Origin: Octopus bimaculoides
Lineage: Eukaryota
Reading direction: 5' to 3'
Assembly: GCF_001194135.2 (NCBI RefSeq)
Contig: NC_069004.1
Span: 12,815,718 to 12,879,717, forward strand
Length of the DNA: 64,000 nucleotides
The notes below the pieces were generated by a model. It ran no database searches. It saw nothing but the letters and a program-made list of their open reading frames with translations, and was not told the origin of the DNA. Made by a program: the position numbers and the translations under genes. Positions 12,512-26,040 of this stretch are shown here, piece by piece (within the stretch, counting starts at the first letter, position 1; each line of letters opens with the position of its first letter).

Positions 12512-14027
12512 CGATGCTGTGAAAATTTATGCCACAGAATTAACCAGGTTTTATTTTCCTATACCTTTACTTCTCTTTCTAATGCATCTATCAAACTATC
12601 AAATGTCACCATTTATAAATAGATGTCTTCTGTGTGTGTGTGTGTGTGCATCTACATGTCTGTCTGTATACACATGCATGTATATACATAAATACACTGG
12701 TGTATTTTAGTAGCAACTTTTCATTGCTGCTTGTATGTGCTTGAAATAACGATCACTGATCCAGTTGACTAGTTTGAGGTGAATTTTTTTCCAAAATTTC
12801 TCTCCATTTCTATTTTATGTAAAGATAGATAGCTTATGAAACAAGGTGAGGAGACCATCTTTTATGCTTTAAATAATGTCTCATCCTCGGTCTGTTCACT
12901 TACAGACTGCAACAATCTTTGATCACATTATTTCCATTCATAACACAAAAGTAAACCAAAAGTTATTTATTGGTTACATTATCATTTATCAGAATAAAAA
13001 CCATGTCTGCCAAAAATAAACAGCTGATATCATCTTCCATAAACTGACAATTTGCTACTATCAACAAAGTCCACTACTGGAAAAGAAACTCACTGTCATA
13101 CTTCTGTTAGATACATACACCTAAATGTATTCTGTATGTACACCTTTCTTGACATAATGTCTTTTAACAGACGACTCACAGAGCCAATAGGGAGTTTCAA
13201 CACGAGAGACTCAACCTGTTAGAAATAGTAGCTAAGTCTCCCTCAAATTAGATCTTATTGCCTTAACAAAAAGGGGAGAAGAGACAAAGACAGACTGGTC
13301 ATGGCTGGTGCATCTTTGCGAGCATGGATCTGAGATGACCTGGGGTTAAACAATGCCAAATGTCTCAACAAAAATGTACAGTGTTTTATTGATGTTTTAT
13401 CATTACTTAGCTTGGTTTTTAAAGGGAAAAATTCCTAACTTAACCCTTGAAAATTGAAAATGGTTTTCAGTAGTTAAGGTTTCCATCAAATTTAATGTTT
13501 GAAGAAATGTATAAAATTTTTACAGAAAGAAAATCAATGTCACATTGGCAAACTGGATATCTGGTTGTTATTTCAGCATAAGTGTGTGTATGTATAAAAA
13601 TGTGTGTGTGTGTTTATGCACACACTCACACACACATACATACATGTTTGTGTGTATATATGTATGTGTGTGTATATATATANNNNNNNNNNNNNNNNNN
13701 NNNNNNNNNNNNNNNNNNNNNNNNNNNNNNNNNNNNNNNNNNNNNNNNNNNNNNNNNNNNNNNNNNNNNNNNNNNNNNNNNNNNNNNNNNNNNNNNNNNN
13801 NNNNNNNNNNNNNNNNNNNNNNNNNNNNNNNNNNNNNNNNNNNNNNNNNNNNNNNNNNNNNNNNNNNNNNNNNNNNNNNNNNNNNNNNNNNNNNNNNNNN
13901 NNNNNNNNNNNNNNNNNNNNNNNNNNNNNNNNNNNNNNNNNNNNNNNNNNNNNNNNNNNNNNNNNNNNNNNCGTATATGTAAGTATACTGTTTATATACA
14001 TGTATTTGTATTTATGTACTTGAGTAT

Positions 14028-14089
14028 ATTCCACTGATGAAGGCAGAGCATTATTATTTATGCAAAGCCAGAAATCCAGGATTTGGAAT
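14028..14089 (+). ncRNA. Minimal type I hammerhead ribozyme motif (Penelope-like element type)
   Basis: Stem I ATTCCA(14028-33)/TGGAAT(14084-89); CTGATGA 14034-40; stem II GGC/GCC; GAAA 14071-74; helix III ATCC-A-GGAT; cleavage triplet AUU (site after 14083). Confidence 0.65.
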
Positions 14090-14307
14090 TATCTTATTAT
14101 TTTTACTGGTTTATTTGGTCTTCGTCTTCGCTACTCGTGCCATGCGGACATTTATTGTGGTTTTAGAGTCAGGATTTGACTGCTATTTTTTCAGCGTGGT
14201 GGTATCTCTTGATACCCTGTATTATAATTTTATATATATATATATATATAATAGATACATATATAGATAATATACACATGAGTACATACATTCATTCATA
14301 CATACAT

Positions 14308-14339
<32 letters not shown>

Positions 14340-15885
14340 TAAGATATTATAATCACCAGTTTGTGACATAAAAAACATACTGCTTGTATTGTATGCATGT
14401 GTGTGTGTGCGTGTATGTATTGTACATATATATGTATATTCCTGTATGAATTTTTTAATTCTACATTGACATTAAACAAAACCAATAATAATGATTTTGA
14501 TAATTGTGCAAGAGGTGTCCACTTGTGATATAAATGTGTTGTTAACGCTACAATACCACATTAGTGCTGATCAGATTTAGTTTCCATGGTGGATATATCC
14601 ATGATCAGATTTTTTAAAATTCTGGGGTGGGGAGGAAATAAATTATGTTTATTGGCAAAAAATAGAGCGAGAATTGAACAAACCATGGCTTACGATTTTA
14701 ATTAAATCGAATTGAACAAATCATAGCTTACAATTTTAATTAAATCAAATTGGAATCAATGCACATAAATTTATAGATTTATCAAGTTAAGAAATTACAT
14801 TTTTATGCATTTAACTAACCTCAAATCATTTTAAACATTGCTCCCAATGTCAAAGTTTTTGTTGTAAAGTGGGTCCTACTACTATTACTACTATTATAAT
14901 ATATGAGGAAGAGGACAGGATTAACCCCATTAGTATTTTTCTTTTTTGTTTTTTCTTTTACTTGTTTCAGTCTTTAGACTGCAGCCATTCTGAGGCACTA
15001 CCTTGAAGAACGTCTAGCCAAATGAAGTGATTCCCAGTAGTTTCATTGGTCTCTTTTGCTGAACCACTCAGTAGGTATGAAAAAATAAACAGACCAACAT
15101 CGGTTGTCAAGCGGTGGGGGAAAACACACACACACACATGACAGGCTTCTTACAGTTTCCGTCTACCAAATCTACTCACAAAAGGCTTTGGTCGGCCTGA
15201 AGCTATTGTAGAAGACACTTGCTCAAGGTGCCATACAGTGGGACTGACCCATGAACCATGCAGTTGGGAAGCAAGCTTCTTACTTCACAGTACACTTATA
15301 ATTAATCAATCCCCTTTATATATTAGTAATGTCTATACAACATTAATAGGTTAGAAATATATGAATTATATGCGCATTCACACACATTTAGTCTCATACA
15401 TATGCACACGTTCTTACTTACACACACACATATTGCCTATGTGTATGATAATAATGTTAAATTGTTAATGTGCGTGTGTGTATAGATACGTGCATACATA
15501 CTTGATTTAGTATTGCATAATATTTAAGGGTTTGTTAAATTTGTATTCCACAGAAAGAAAAGCAACTTGATTTATGAAAGCTGTTTCTTCATCTGATGGA
15601 TTTAAGGGGGGTACTGCAAATATATAAGGGCTCAAGAATGTTAGGGGATACACAAGGGGAAAGTGGGGGGAGATCGTATATTTTGAATAACAAGTTTTTA
15701 GCAAAAATAGGATGAGGCAAAGGTGGTTATGGACAAAAGAGAAGTTGGTTTTGTGTACACACATACACACACAACATAACACAAGCATTAATGAGAGGGA
15801 ACTTTTTTTTTACTATGTGGATCTCTCATGTTGTTTCCTCTAACTTTAACCAGGACATGCATACAGATATACATATATGTATGTA

Positions 15886-15939
<54 letters not shown>

Positions 15940-16371
15940 TGTGTGTGTATATATCTATGTATTCAAGTATATATGTGTTTGTATGTGTGTGAGTGAGTAT
16001 ATATGAATTTGTATATATAAGAGTGAGAGTGAATGTTTGTGTGCCCGAGTATTGATCCCTACAAATATATTTGCCCCTTTTTTTCACTGAATACCACTTA
16101 TCTTCTACCATGACCAACATGTGTTGCTTAAGCACTTCCTGTGTTTACCAACAATTCATTATGATATATATATGTGTGTATATATGTATATATNNNNNNN
16201 NNNNNNNNNNNNNNNNNNNNNNNNNNNNNNNNNNNNNNNNNNNNNNNNNNNNNNNNNNNNNNNNNNNNNTATATATATGTATATATATGTATGTATATGT
16301 ATATATATATATATATGTATATATACACACACACACACAAACACATGCGTGTGTATGTATGTATACACACA

Positions 16372-16413
<42 letters not shown>

Positions 16414-16864
16414 CAAATGACAACATGAACATATTATATTATTTGTTATGCTTTCAACACCGTTATGTGAAACATGCCTGCAAAATGGATAATTATGATC
16501 ACATGAGGTGGGAAGTTTGTGATATAATTATATCAGTTTTATACTGCTGTTGTTGCTGAATATTTTGATGATGATGATGATGATGATGACGATACGACAA
16601 GGTAAGTATATTATGGGTTGTAGAGTCTCTCAGAATCTCAGAATGGACACTGTTTTAGGGCTTGATTGAATCCACATAATCAATGTTTTCAACAACGTTT
16701 GAACAGATCAATAATATTCAATCACTTTTATTAAACTACACATTATCATGAGATGAATTTTTTTATCTATTTGTTCAATATTTGTAGTATCGGTACCATG
16801 CCAAACATCCCTTCTCTTCAGACCATACTGGAGAAAATGGTGAAGAAAGACATTGTAAAGTGAA

Positions 16865-16952
16865 TATTAATAATAATAATAATAATAATAATAATGATAA
16901 TAATAATGATGATGATGATGATGATGATAATAATAATAATAATAATAATAAT
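16865..16952. repeat. Compound microsatellite (AAT)n(GAT)n(AAT)n
   Basis: Seen directly; many other (TA)n, (CA)n and (CAT)n tracts occur, often at contig ends. Confidence 0.95.
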
Positions 16953-17309
16953 GGTTTCAAATTTTGGTGTAAGGCTATCAGTTTCAGGGAAAGAGATTAA
17001 GTCAATTACATCAACCCCAATGCTCAACTGGTACTTATTTGATCGACCCCGAAAAGATGAAAGTCTAAGTCAACCCCAGCAGAATTTGAACTCAGAACAT
17101 AAAGACAGATGAAATGCCACTAAATATATCACCCAGTGTGCTCATGATTCTGCCAACTTGCTGCCCTGTAATAATAATGATGACGATGAAGATGGCTTTT
17201 GGTGTAGGCCAGGAATTCTAAGGAGAGGGGAAGATTAGTTGGTCCCATCCCTCGCCCACCCACAAATCCCTATTACTTGACTGGTTCCTTTTTTTTTTTG
17301 TTGGTATAT

Positions 17310-17670
17310 TTTTTATCTTTTACTCGATTGTATCATTAGACTATACCCAGACTGGGGCACCACCTTGAAGAAATTTTAGTTAAATGAATTGAACCCCAAT
17401 ACTTTTTTCGGTCTCTTTTGCCAAACTGTTAAGTTATGGGGATGTAAACACACCAACACCAGTTGTCAAGTGGTGGTAGGGAACAAACAGACACAAAGAC
17501 ATACACATATATATGATGGGCTTCTTTCAGTTTCCATTTACCAAATCCACTCAATGGCTTTGGTCAGCCCAAGGCTATAGTAGAAGACACTTGCTCAACA
17601 TTCCATGCTGTGGTACTGAACCCAGGACCATGTAGTTGGAGAGGAAGTTTCTTACCTCACAGCCATGCCT
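17310..17670 (-). mobile_element. tRNA-derived SINE, family C (with internal (CA)n)
   Basis: Conserved cagtttccatctaccaaatccactcacaaggctttgg...gaagacacttgcccaagg...gggactgaaccc. Copies at about 2865-3245, 14950-15295, 19975-20350, 38045-38450, 46850-47180, 54020-54160, 54600-54975, 54990-55370, 59985-60660, 61785-62115. Confidence 0.85.
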
Positions 17671-18469
17671 GCATCTGACTCTGAAGGAATAAAAGACAAA
17701 AGAGCTAATGGTTTCTGACAATGACACAAGGTCAGATATTGTAGTGATGGTGTGGGGATGGGGGGGGGGGACTATTGATTCTTACCAACTGCCAGTACTT
17801 GTCTGCTACTTAATTATATCAACCATCAATGAATTATATATATATTGACTTAAGCAGGTTTTCATTTGGAATGGAACTCAAGTTGTTTTGTCATATTTCT
17901 GCAGGTTGATCTAATCAGTTGTTACCCCCATAGAATGTCTGGTTTTCTGCCTAGGTTATGTCATTATTACAATCCATTTATCCATTTTATCATTTTGCTT
18001 TGTTCTTTCTGTGATCAATGAAGTAGCAATCATGTGTTAGGATCAATTTAACTCTACTTATCATCCCAAAATTGTTGGTATTGCATCTGTTAGAAATCAT
18101 GTGTATGGTGCCAGGTAAAAAAGTTTGCAATATTTGTTTGTCTCATTAAACAAATAAACAGAAAAAAGTTTGTCTCATTAGTGAGACAAACCACACCAAA
18201 TTTGTTTTTGCATTTTCATTCTTCCAGAATTAATGAAAATAGAACTGGTGAATTTCTGGAATCAGTTCCTTGGATTACTTCACCATTCCTCAAAATGTGT
18301 GGCTTTGTGGCTTGAATCATAATTCAGCTAAATGCAAGAGTTTAAGGTTTTGGCTAAGGTGTTTGTAAAGAAATTAGTGCCTGTTGTTGGTTGTGTGGTT
18401 AGGGCTATCTAGAAATGCATAATTCCCAGCAGATCTAGCCATGACAATTATTTTATGTGATATATATGC

Positions 18470-18840
18470 TGTTGGCACTCCATTGCTTACGACGTTGAGG
18501 GTTCCAGTTGATCCGATCAACGGAACAGCCTGCTTGTGAAATTAACGTGCAAGTGGCTGAGCACTCCACAGACACGTGTACCTTTAATGTAGTTCTCGGG
18601 GATATTCAGTGTGACATGGCTGACCCTTTGAATTACAGGCACAACAGAAACAGGAAGTAAGAGTGAGAGAAAGTTGTGGTGAAAGAGTACAGCAGAGTTC
18701 GCCACCATCCCCTGCCAGAGCCTCGTGGAGCTTTATGTGTTTTCGCTCAATAAACAATCAAAACACCCGGTCTGGGAATCAAAACCGCGATCCTATGACC
18801 GCGAGTCCGCTGCCCTAACCACTGGGCCATTGCGCCTCCA
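18470..18840 (-). mobile_element. tRNA-derived SINE, family A (full copy)
   Basis: Minus strand begins tggaggcgcaatggcccagtggttagggcagcggactcgcggtcataggatcgcggttttgattccc (A and B boxes; TCG at the anticodon-like position). Other copies at 10021-10270, 41251-41540, 32520-32700. Confidence 0.8.
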
Positions 18841-18879
18841 TGTGATATATATATCACCCTTTTAATGTCTACTTTTTCA

Positions 18880-19810
18880 TGCCTGCATGGATTGGACAGA
18901 ACTGTTTCAAATCATGTGATCAGTGCATCATCCTGTCCCTTTGTTGTTATATATTCTGTGGCTCTTGTACCGTTCCTGAGGAAGCCAGAGTTCTTTAAGG
19001 CCATATTGGTGCATCCAGAGGACAGCATCATCATATTGTTGGACAATATTGAAAGCTATGTGATAACAGGAGCATGAATTAGCTAGGTCATGTTGGTGGG
19101 TTTAAATCTCAGCACCTGGAGAGGTAAATCCATACCAGCCAGTTACTGAGTGAGGCTACTAGTTCAAAGGTTCTATTAAGGTGTTTAAGAACCAATTCAG
19201 GCTAGACGTCCAAATATCTCTTGTCACATGTAAAACAGACCCAGCTATCAGTCAAATCTATTGTGAGGATCACCTTTTTGTTTCTTGTTTTTTTTNNNNN
19301 NNNNNNNNNNNNNNNNNNNNNNNNNNNNNNNNNNNNNNNNNNNNNNNNNNNNNNNNNNNNNNNNNNNNNNNNNNNNNNNNNNTGTGTGTGTGTGTGTGTG
19401 TGTATGTTTTTTTTTTTTTTTCTTTTTGTTGGCAAGTGCGGGAAATTTTCTTGTCTTATGGCCACGGTGAAAGTGATTGCATGGTGGTCCAAATTGAAAG
19501 GAGAGAAGTCAGATACTTTCTCTTTCAACCAAACCCTCATCAACTTCATTGAGTATCGCTTGGAGAAGAAAATGAGGTTGGAGAGCGAAGTGTTTCCTTT
19601 CAGTAAATTGGCTAAAAGGTGGGTTGAATTGGTGAGAATGGTCTGCATAAATAGAGCAGCTCTCTTAACCGGTGCCCATAAGCCAAAGAAAATAGCTAAG
19701 AGAACAAGGATTAAATGACTACCTTGGGTAGGTAAGTAAGTGCCCATGATATTCCAGTAACCCTGGTTCAGTGGAGAACCTTCATTGACCTGAGGTGGGC
19801 ATCTCATTCT
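18880..19810 (-). mobile_element. Possible ancient non-LTR retrotransposon endonuclease/linker remnant
   Basis: LDHHAITFTV resembles the SDH end of APE endonucleases and is followed by a KKV...W linker-like segment; interrupted by a microsatellite and gap. Confidence 0.3.
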
Positions 19811-21744
19811 GTACCTTTTATATATTCTTGTTTTCCAAGCCTGTTGGGGTTTTTTCTTCCTTCAGCACAGAATTTACTATTTGTAATTTAATGTCCCTTC
19901 ATACATTGCCCTTGTGGTAAATAAAAGAAACTGTTACTGTTGTTGTTGTTGTTGTTGTTGCTGTTATTATCTTTTATCTTTTACTTGTTTCAGTCATTTG
20001 ACTGTGGCCATGCTGGGGCATCACCTTGAGTTTTAATCAAACAAATCAACCTCAGGACTTAAATTTTTTAAGCCCGGTCTATCAGTCTCTTTTGCCAGAC
20101 TGCTAAGTTACACTGTCATAAACACACCAACACTGATTGTCAAGCAGTGGGTGGGGAGCAAACACAGACACAAGACACACACACACACATATACAACAGG
20201 CTTCCTTCAATTTCCATCTGCCAAATTCATTCACAAGGCTTTGGTCAGCCTGACGCTATAATAGAAAATACTTGTCCAAGATATTATGCAGTGGGATTGA
20301 ACCTAGGAGCATGTGGTTGGGAAGCAAGTTTCTTATCACACAGTCATGCCTATTATTATTATTATTATTATTATTATTAGGGCTATAAGCAGGCAGAATT
20401 GTTAGCACATTGGGCAAAATGCTTAGTGGCATTTCGTCCATCTTTACATTCTGAGTTCAAATTCTGCCAAGGTCGACTTTCATCCTTCCTGGGTCAATAA
20501 AATAAGTACCATTTGAGCACTGGGGTCCATGTAATCGACTTAGCCCCTCCCACGAAATTGCTGGCCTTGTGCCAAAATTTGAAACCATTATTGTTGTTGT
20601 TGGTATTGTTATACTTATTATTATTTTTTAACTCTGGTTTTGATGGAGCTCCTGGAGTCTTGCATGCTTAGCGAACTTGCTGCTTGCAACTTATGGTACC
20701 ATGCTATCTGTTCCTTTCAACTATCTAATACTTTCCTGATTATTCTGGCCAGGCCAACGAGGCAAACCTTTTGTAACAGTTCTACTGGGCACTCTATTCC
20801 AATTTCTTTAATATTCCTCTTGATGCCTTCTAATACTGTCCCCAAGGACCCAACAGTAATTGGCACTATCTTCACCTTCTTCATTTTCCATAGTCGGGGT
20901 ATTATTATTATTATTGTTGTTGTTGTTTTTGTAGTTGTTAAGGCAGTGATTTTTACATATTGAGTTCAAATTGGGCCAAGATCGATTTTGTTTTCCGTCC
21001 TTTTGGGGTCAATAAAATAACGTATCAGTCAATTATTGGGGTTAATGCTGTCAACTACTGCTCTCCCCCAAATTTCAATCCATTTACCTATTCTAGAAAA
21101 AAATTATTTCTTTTCATTAAGTTCAATTTTTGAAGGGGTAGACTCTGATTAATAAAATACCCTTCAATATGTTTGCTTGTTGATTCAAATAGCGAAAGCC
21201 TGGACCAATGTTGACAGATGGGCATATATTAGATTGATGAATGGTACCCTATGCAAACTGAATAACAAATGGTTTTCCTGAAGAAAATTAAGTTTGCATA
21301 ATGACATGAAATTTGATCAACAAGCAACAGCAACATGCAGACTATGCACATGTATAATTCACATGGAGACTACTTCCTTAGTGAGATGAAATCTGAACAG
21401 AACTTGAATAAACTATGCACGTGTTTAAGTGCTGGGAAAGTGTGTACAAATGATTCATTCAAGTTCATTTATGCATTTCATGTAGCTTGCAGATTTTCAT
21501 TTTATATAAAGAAAAAATGTTTTTTTCACATATTTTTTTGCTGAAAATGTAGCCATTGATGAACAAAAGCAAGACAAAGGGAAATATACAGTGCATACAC
21601 GCATACACATTCACACACACATATACAGTTAGATAGATATGTATATATACACACATGTATATATGTATACATGTGTATATATATATATAACACTATCCAT
21701 ATCATGTCCTCACTTTGTTGTTTTTTTGTTATTGTTTTTTTGAA

Positions 21745-21797
<53 letters not shown>

Positions 21798-24535
21798 ACA
21801 TTTATATATGTATGTATGTATGTATATTTGTTATTGATGAATAAACAAAAAAGGATGTGGCTTGAAATGGATTTCCCCTATTTATATGTAATTTTAATTA
21901 CACATGTAATGAATCATTTGGTTAACGAATAGGGTTCCAGAATGCATTATGTTTGTATATAAAGTTCTGACTGTATATGAAAAGAAAGAACATATCATTT
22001 CTCACATAAAGCATCCTGTCTGTATAACTGATACTTATTTTAATGACTGACAATGGATCCAATGGATCCAATATATATTCAATATATATCAATATATTCA
22101 ATATATATCCAATATATATTCAATTCTTTTTTGTGAAGAATAATTATAATTTGAAGTTAAAAAAATTTCTTTATTATACTGTTATTCTTTTATGTTAAGA
22201 AGGATATAGTTGCTGTTATTACTACTACTACTTGATAGAAATTACACTTTTTTCCTTTTTTTTTTCCCTATAAAATATTAACATTTTATCTACGTTCCCA
22301 AAATAAAGAAACTGGTTACATTAAAGTGAAATGTTTAAATGTTCTTCGTTTGATTTGAGTTACCAAATATATTAGTTTATGTTTTGGTACCGGTTCCATA
22401 TCTTCAGTGTCCATTCTGCAGATGACAACCCACTACTAAGGAAATTCTTGTGAGTCTGTTTTATGGTTGATACTGTGCCTAATGGGTGGTGTGTTCTAAG
22501 AAAAAGGTGGACCGTAATTTGCTTATTGTTGCCCAACAATCCAAACTTGAGGCAATTGTATAATAAATTTAATAAACCCAAAATACAAATTTTCAAACTG
22601 TTTTGATGTTTTCATTGTTCTCTTTGCATCTCTTTTATGATGATTATCTTTGTTTTTCTATTAGTCCAAGGAGAAAGGAACATGAGGAGCAGGACTCTTG
22701 TAATCCTTTCCTTTCTAGATTGTTCAGATCACTATGATTGATTATCTGTTTTAATCTTTGGAGATTAACCCTTTAAGCATTTGAAGTGGTGAGAAATGAT
22801 CTTCAGATGTTGAACTTCACAGAGATGACAAGGACTGTGACATCTGGTGATGTGCTGTGCTTGAGAATACATGTGAAGCTAAGTAAAATCATGGTCATAC
22901 ATATAGGCATGTCCCCCCCCCCCCCAACACACCCTTGCACAATCTGCCTCCTTTCAAAACTGTCCTTTCCACCATCCTTTTTCTCACCCACACACTTTCC
23001 ATGCTCTACCATATACCCATTTTCTATCACCATCACTTGCTATAGTCACATCTTCCATGTTTCAAACATCCCCCTATCCACTCTCAACCACTTACATTCC
23101 CCCTCATTGTACCTTTTGGGTATGCTCCAATGCATCTCCCACACATTCTAGTTCTCTCTGATTCTCTCTCTCTCTCTGACTCTTTCTGTCTCACCTTCCC
23201 TTCTGTCCCTGTCCTACTGGGATAGCCAAGTATCTCCTCTATTTTTGTCTATCTATTAATCTTTAACCCCTCAACCAGCAGAAAACCACCTCTCTCAGCT
23301 GAGGGGTTTTTGTCTTGAAAGTTATTTGGCAACTCTGCTGGTGCTGGTGCTACATAAAAAGCACCCAGTACACTCTGTAAAGTGGTTGGTGTTGAGGACA
23401 TCCAGCCATAGAAATCATACCAAGACAGACAATGGAGCCTGGTGCAATTCTCTGGCTTGCCAGCTCCTATCAAACCATTTGTTGCGAAGGTGGCTTGGTT
23501 GGTGCAATTTGGAGCTGGTAAAGAGAGGTATGTTTCATTGGCTGCATAAATAATAACTGAAGCACATCCACGAACATTTGGCTGAAATATGTATTGCTGG
23601 ACGTAAAGATATTGGGTGTTGGCTATTTACAATGAACAACATAAAGATTTTCTGATTAAGAGAGAGGCAGACTGCTCTGAAATTATAGAAAGCTATCTGT
23701 TTGACAACATGCAGTCAACCCAAAAACATATGAAATCAACTGCACAAATCTCCATGGCAACAGAAGTCCTTGACTGTCTGCCCATGACCATCTGTGTGGA
23801 AAGAATGAGGTGCATATCACTGACCCACCTTCAACATTCTGCTGTTAATTGAGCAGCAAAACAGTCTTTTATAGGGTACGAGAACATTCTAGAAAACTGT
23901 GGGGATGAGATGAACGAAAGGAAAGGGTCCGTGATGTCAATGGCTGAGAGGCCTTACTGGAAGAGGAAGAGTGAGTGACTGGCAGAAGTAGGACCAGCTG
24001 TAGTGGACAGATGGGAGTAGATGAGTGAGCTAGAAAGGGCATTAGCAGTTGGTTCCAGCATTAGGTCAGACGGGTAGGGCACACCTCAGATTTAACCTAG
24101 CTGGACAGCTGAGACTGAGAGGTAGGTGAACTGTATTTTGTTTCTCACATTACAGTTCCCTCATACTACAGAAACTATATCATACCATGGCTTCACACTA
24201 ATTAATAGACCAATTGCATGAAACTGATGGTTTGCTCGTGGTGTCTGACTGATTATCTAGCAGTTGAGGTTTCAAATCACTGCTATACATCCGCTAGCGT
24301 AGCTGGGGGTGGCGGTAGGGATGGTCTGCGCCGGTGGCACTACTTTTGGGTCTGCTGTAGGCAATATGTAGTTACTGTGGGGTCCGGGGGCAGCAAATAG
24401 AAGGGCCACCCTGGGCAGCACATACTCTAGTGTGCACATCCAACCTATGCCAGCATGGAAAAAGTAATGTAAATGGTGACAATGATATAATCTTCATTTT
24501 TTTTCAATTTAAGACAACTAAAGGATTGTGTATAT

Positions 24536-26040
24536 CAGTGATTCCCCAATGTGGTCTCTGGGGCCCACCGGTGGTCCCCAGAGAATTTCTAGTGGTCCCT
24601 AGAGAATTCGTAGCCATAAAAAAATTGAAGCCGTTTCAGGTCTACACAATATTGTTTGACACTATTAGTTAATAATAATTTATACGAAGACAGAATAATA
24701 ATAATAAGAAAATAAAATTCAATAATTATTCCATAAGAATCAATAATGTATAATATATAATCAATAATATATTACAATCAAGAATTACATAGTTTAAATG
24801 TTACAATCACAGCAGTTTCATAATAAATTTGATATTTTTAATAGATCACTACACAATCTTGTTTAATAATAAGTTTGATACTTTTAATTTATAGAAAAAA
24901 AGTATTTATTTTAGAGAAATAAAGTATTTATTATTTTAATTTTTTTGAGATCAGTTGTAATAATGTCTGAACCAACTGCTAAAAAGGCAAAACTGAAGAA
25001 CTACAAAGATTTTATCATGTTTGGTTTTGTATCTCTTGACTCAAAACCTATGTGTCTTGTATGTGATGCCATTATGACCAAGCATTCCATGAAGAAAGTT
25101 AAGCTGGAGCAGCACCAGAAATTAAGGCATCCATCATCTGTTGGTAAAGGTAGGGAATATTTTGGGAATAAAAAGAAAATACAGCTAATCAAACTACCTG
25201 ACTTTGTAAAGAAGATAAATACTGGAAAAGCAAAGACACTCAAACCAAGTTATTTGGTCTGGGGAAATTAAAATTTTGGAAAAAACAGTTTGAAAAAAAA
25301 ATTGGCATCATTTCAAAATTTTAACACCACTGTTCCTACATGAGAATGCATTACCCACCTTGAAGGTCTTCATGTAGACTTTGAGAGAAGATACAATGAT
25401 TTATTAAAGATGGATTATCCACTCTGGTCTGTAGACCTAGGAAATTATGAGCCAGGAGATGAAAATTTAGAGTTGGCTGAAATGTTGTTGGATTTGAAAG
25501 AGAATATGAAACTGAGAAGAAGAGTTGAAAAAGAGGGTGTCTTTGTCTACATATCGATAAAGGAATCACACCCTAATATATTTTTCGACATGTAGAAGCA
25601 AGCATCATTTCTTTCCCTACCACATGGATAGTGGAATCTGCATTTTCAGCTGTTGGAGATATTTTAAGTAGAAAAAGAAATGAATTAGATGTTAACAGCA
25701 GAGGAACTTATCAGACTCAGACTAAATGAGTTCATTAAAATTGATTATGATTTCTTGTGTCAGAAATACCAATATCAAGCTAGTCACATGCTGAATGGAC
25801 TAAAAATAAACGACTTTATGGAAAAGGATTTTGATATCTTGTGTTTATCTTTGTTTACTAAAATTAATTAAAAATTTTATGTTTTGTTTGCTAAAATAAA
25901 TTTTAAAGTGTAAATAGTCTATCTTGTCTTTTCGTTAAGCATTTTAGTGTGAAAATAGAACAGCATAAAGTAAAAGTGGTCCCTAGAAATTTTTTCAAGT
26001 AAAAAATGGTCCCTGGTCTGAAAAAGGTTGGGAACTACTG
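24536..26040 (+). mobile_element. Buster/Charlie-type hAT transposon, internally deleted (1.5 kb)
   Basis: TIRs cagtgattcccca / ttgggaactactg; 8-bp TSD GTGTATAT/GTGTATGT (central TA). N-terminal zinc-finger remnant from ATG 24963 (KPMCLVC...MKKVKLEQHQKLRHP) joined to a C-terminal remnant (HLEGLHVDFERRYNDL...FPTTWIVESAFSAV). Confidence 0.9.

Noticed and set aside
14037-14270. Small hydrophobic 77-aa ORF
   Set aside because: Overlaps the hammerhead motif and ends in a (TA)n tract; no coding support.
18760-18840. tRNA gene (and similar A/B-box heads at 47440-47512, 55300-55365)
   Set aside because: No complete cloverleaf; each continues into a SINE body found in multiple copies.
19202-19807. 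Independent host gene from about 130 open codons on either strand
   Set aside because: No splice-consistent model or recognisable host protein; weak non-LTR endonuclease-like motifs favour a retroelement remnant.
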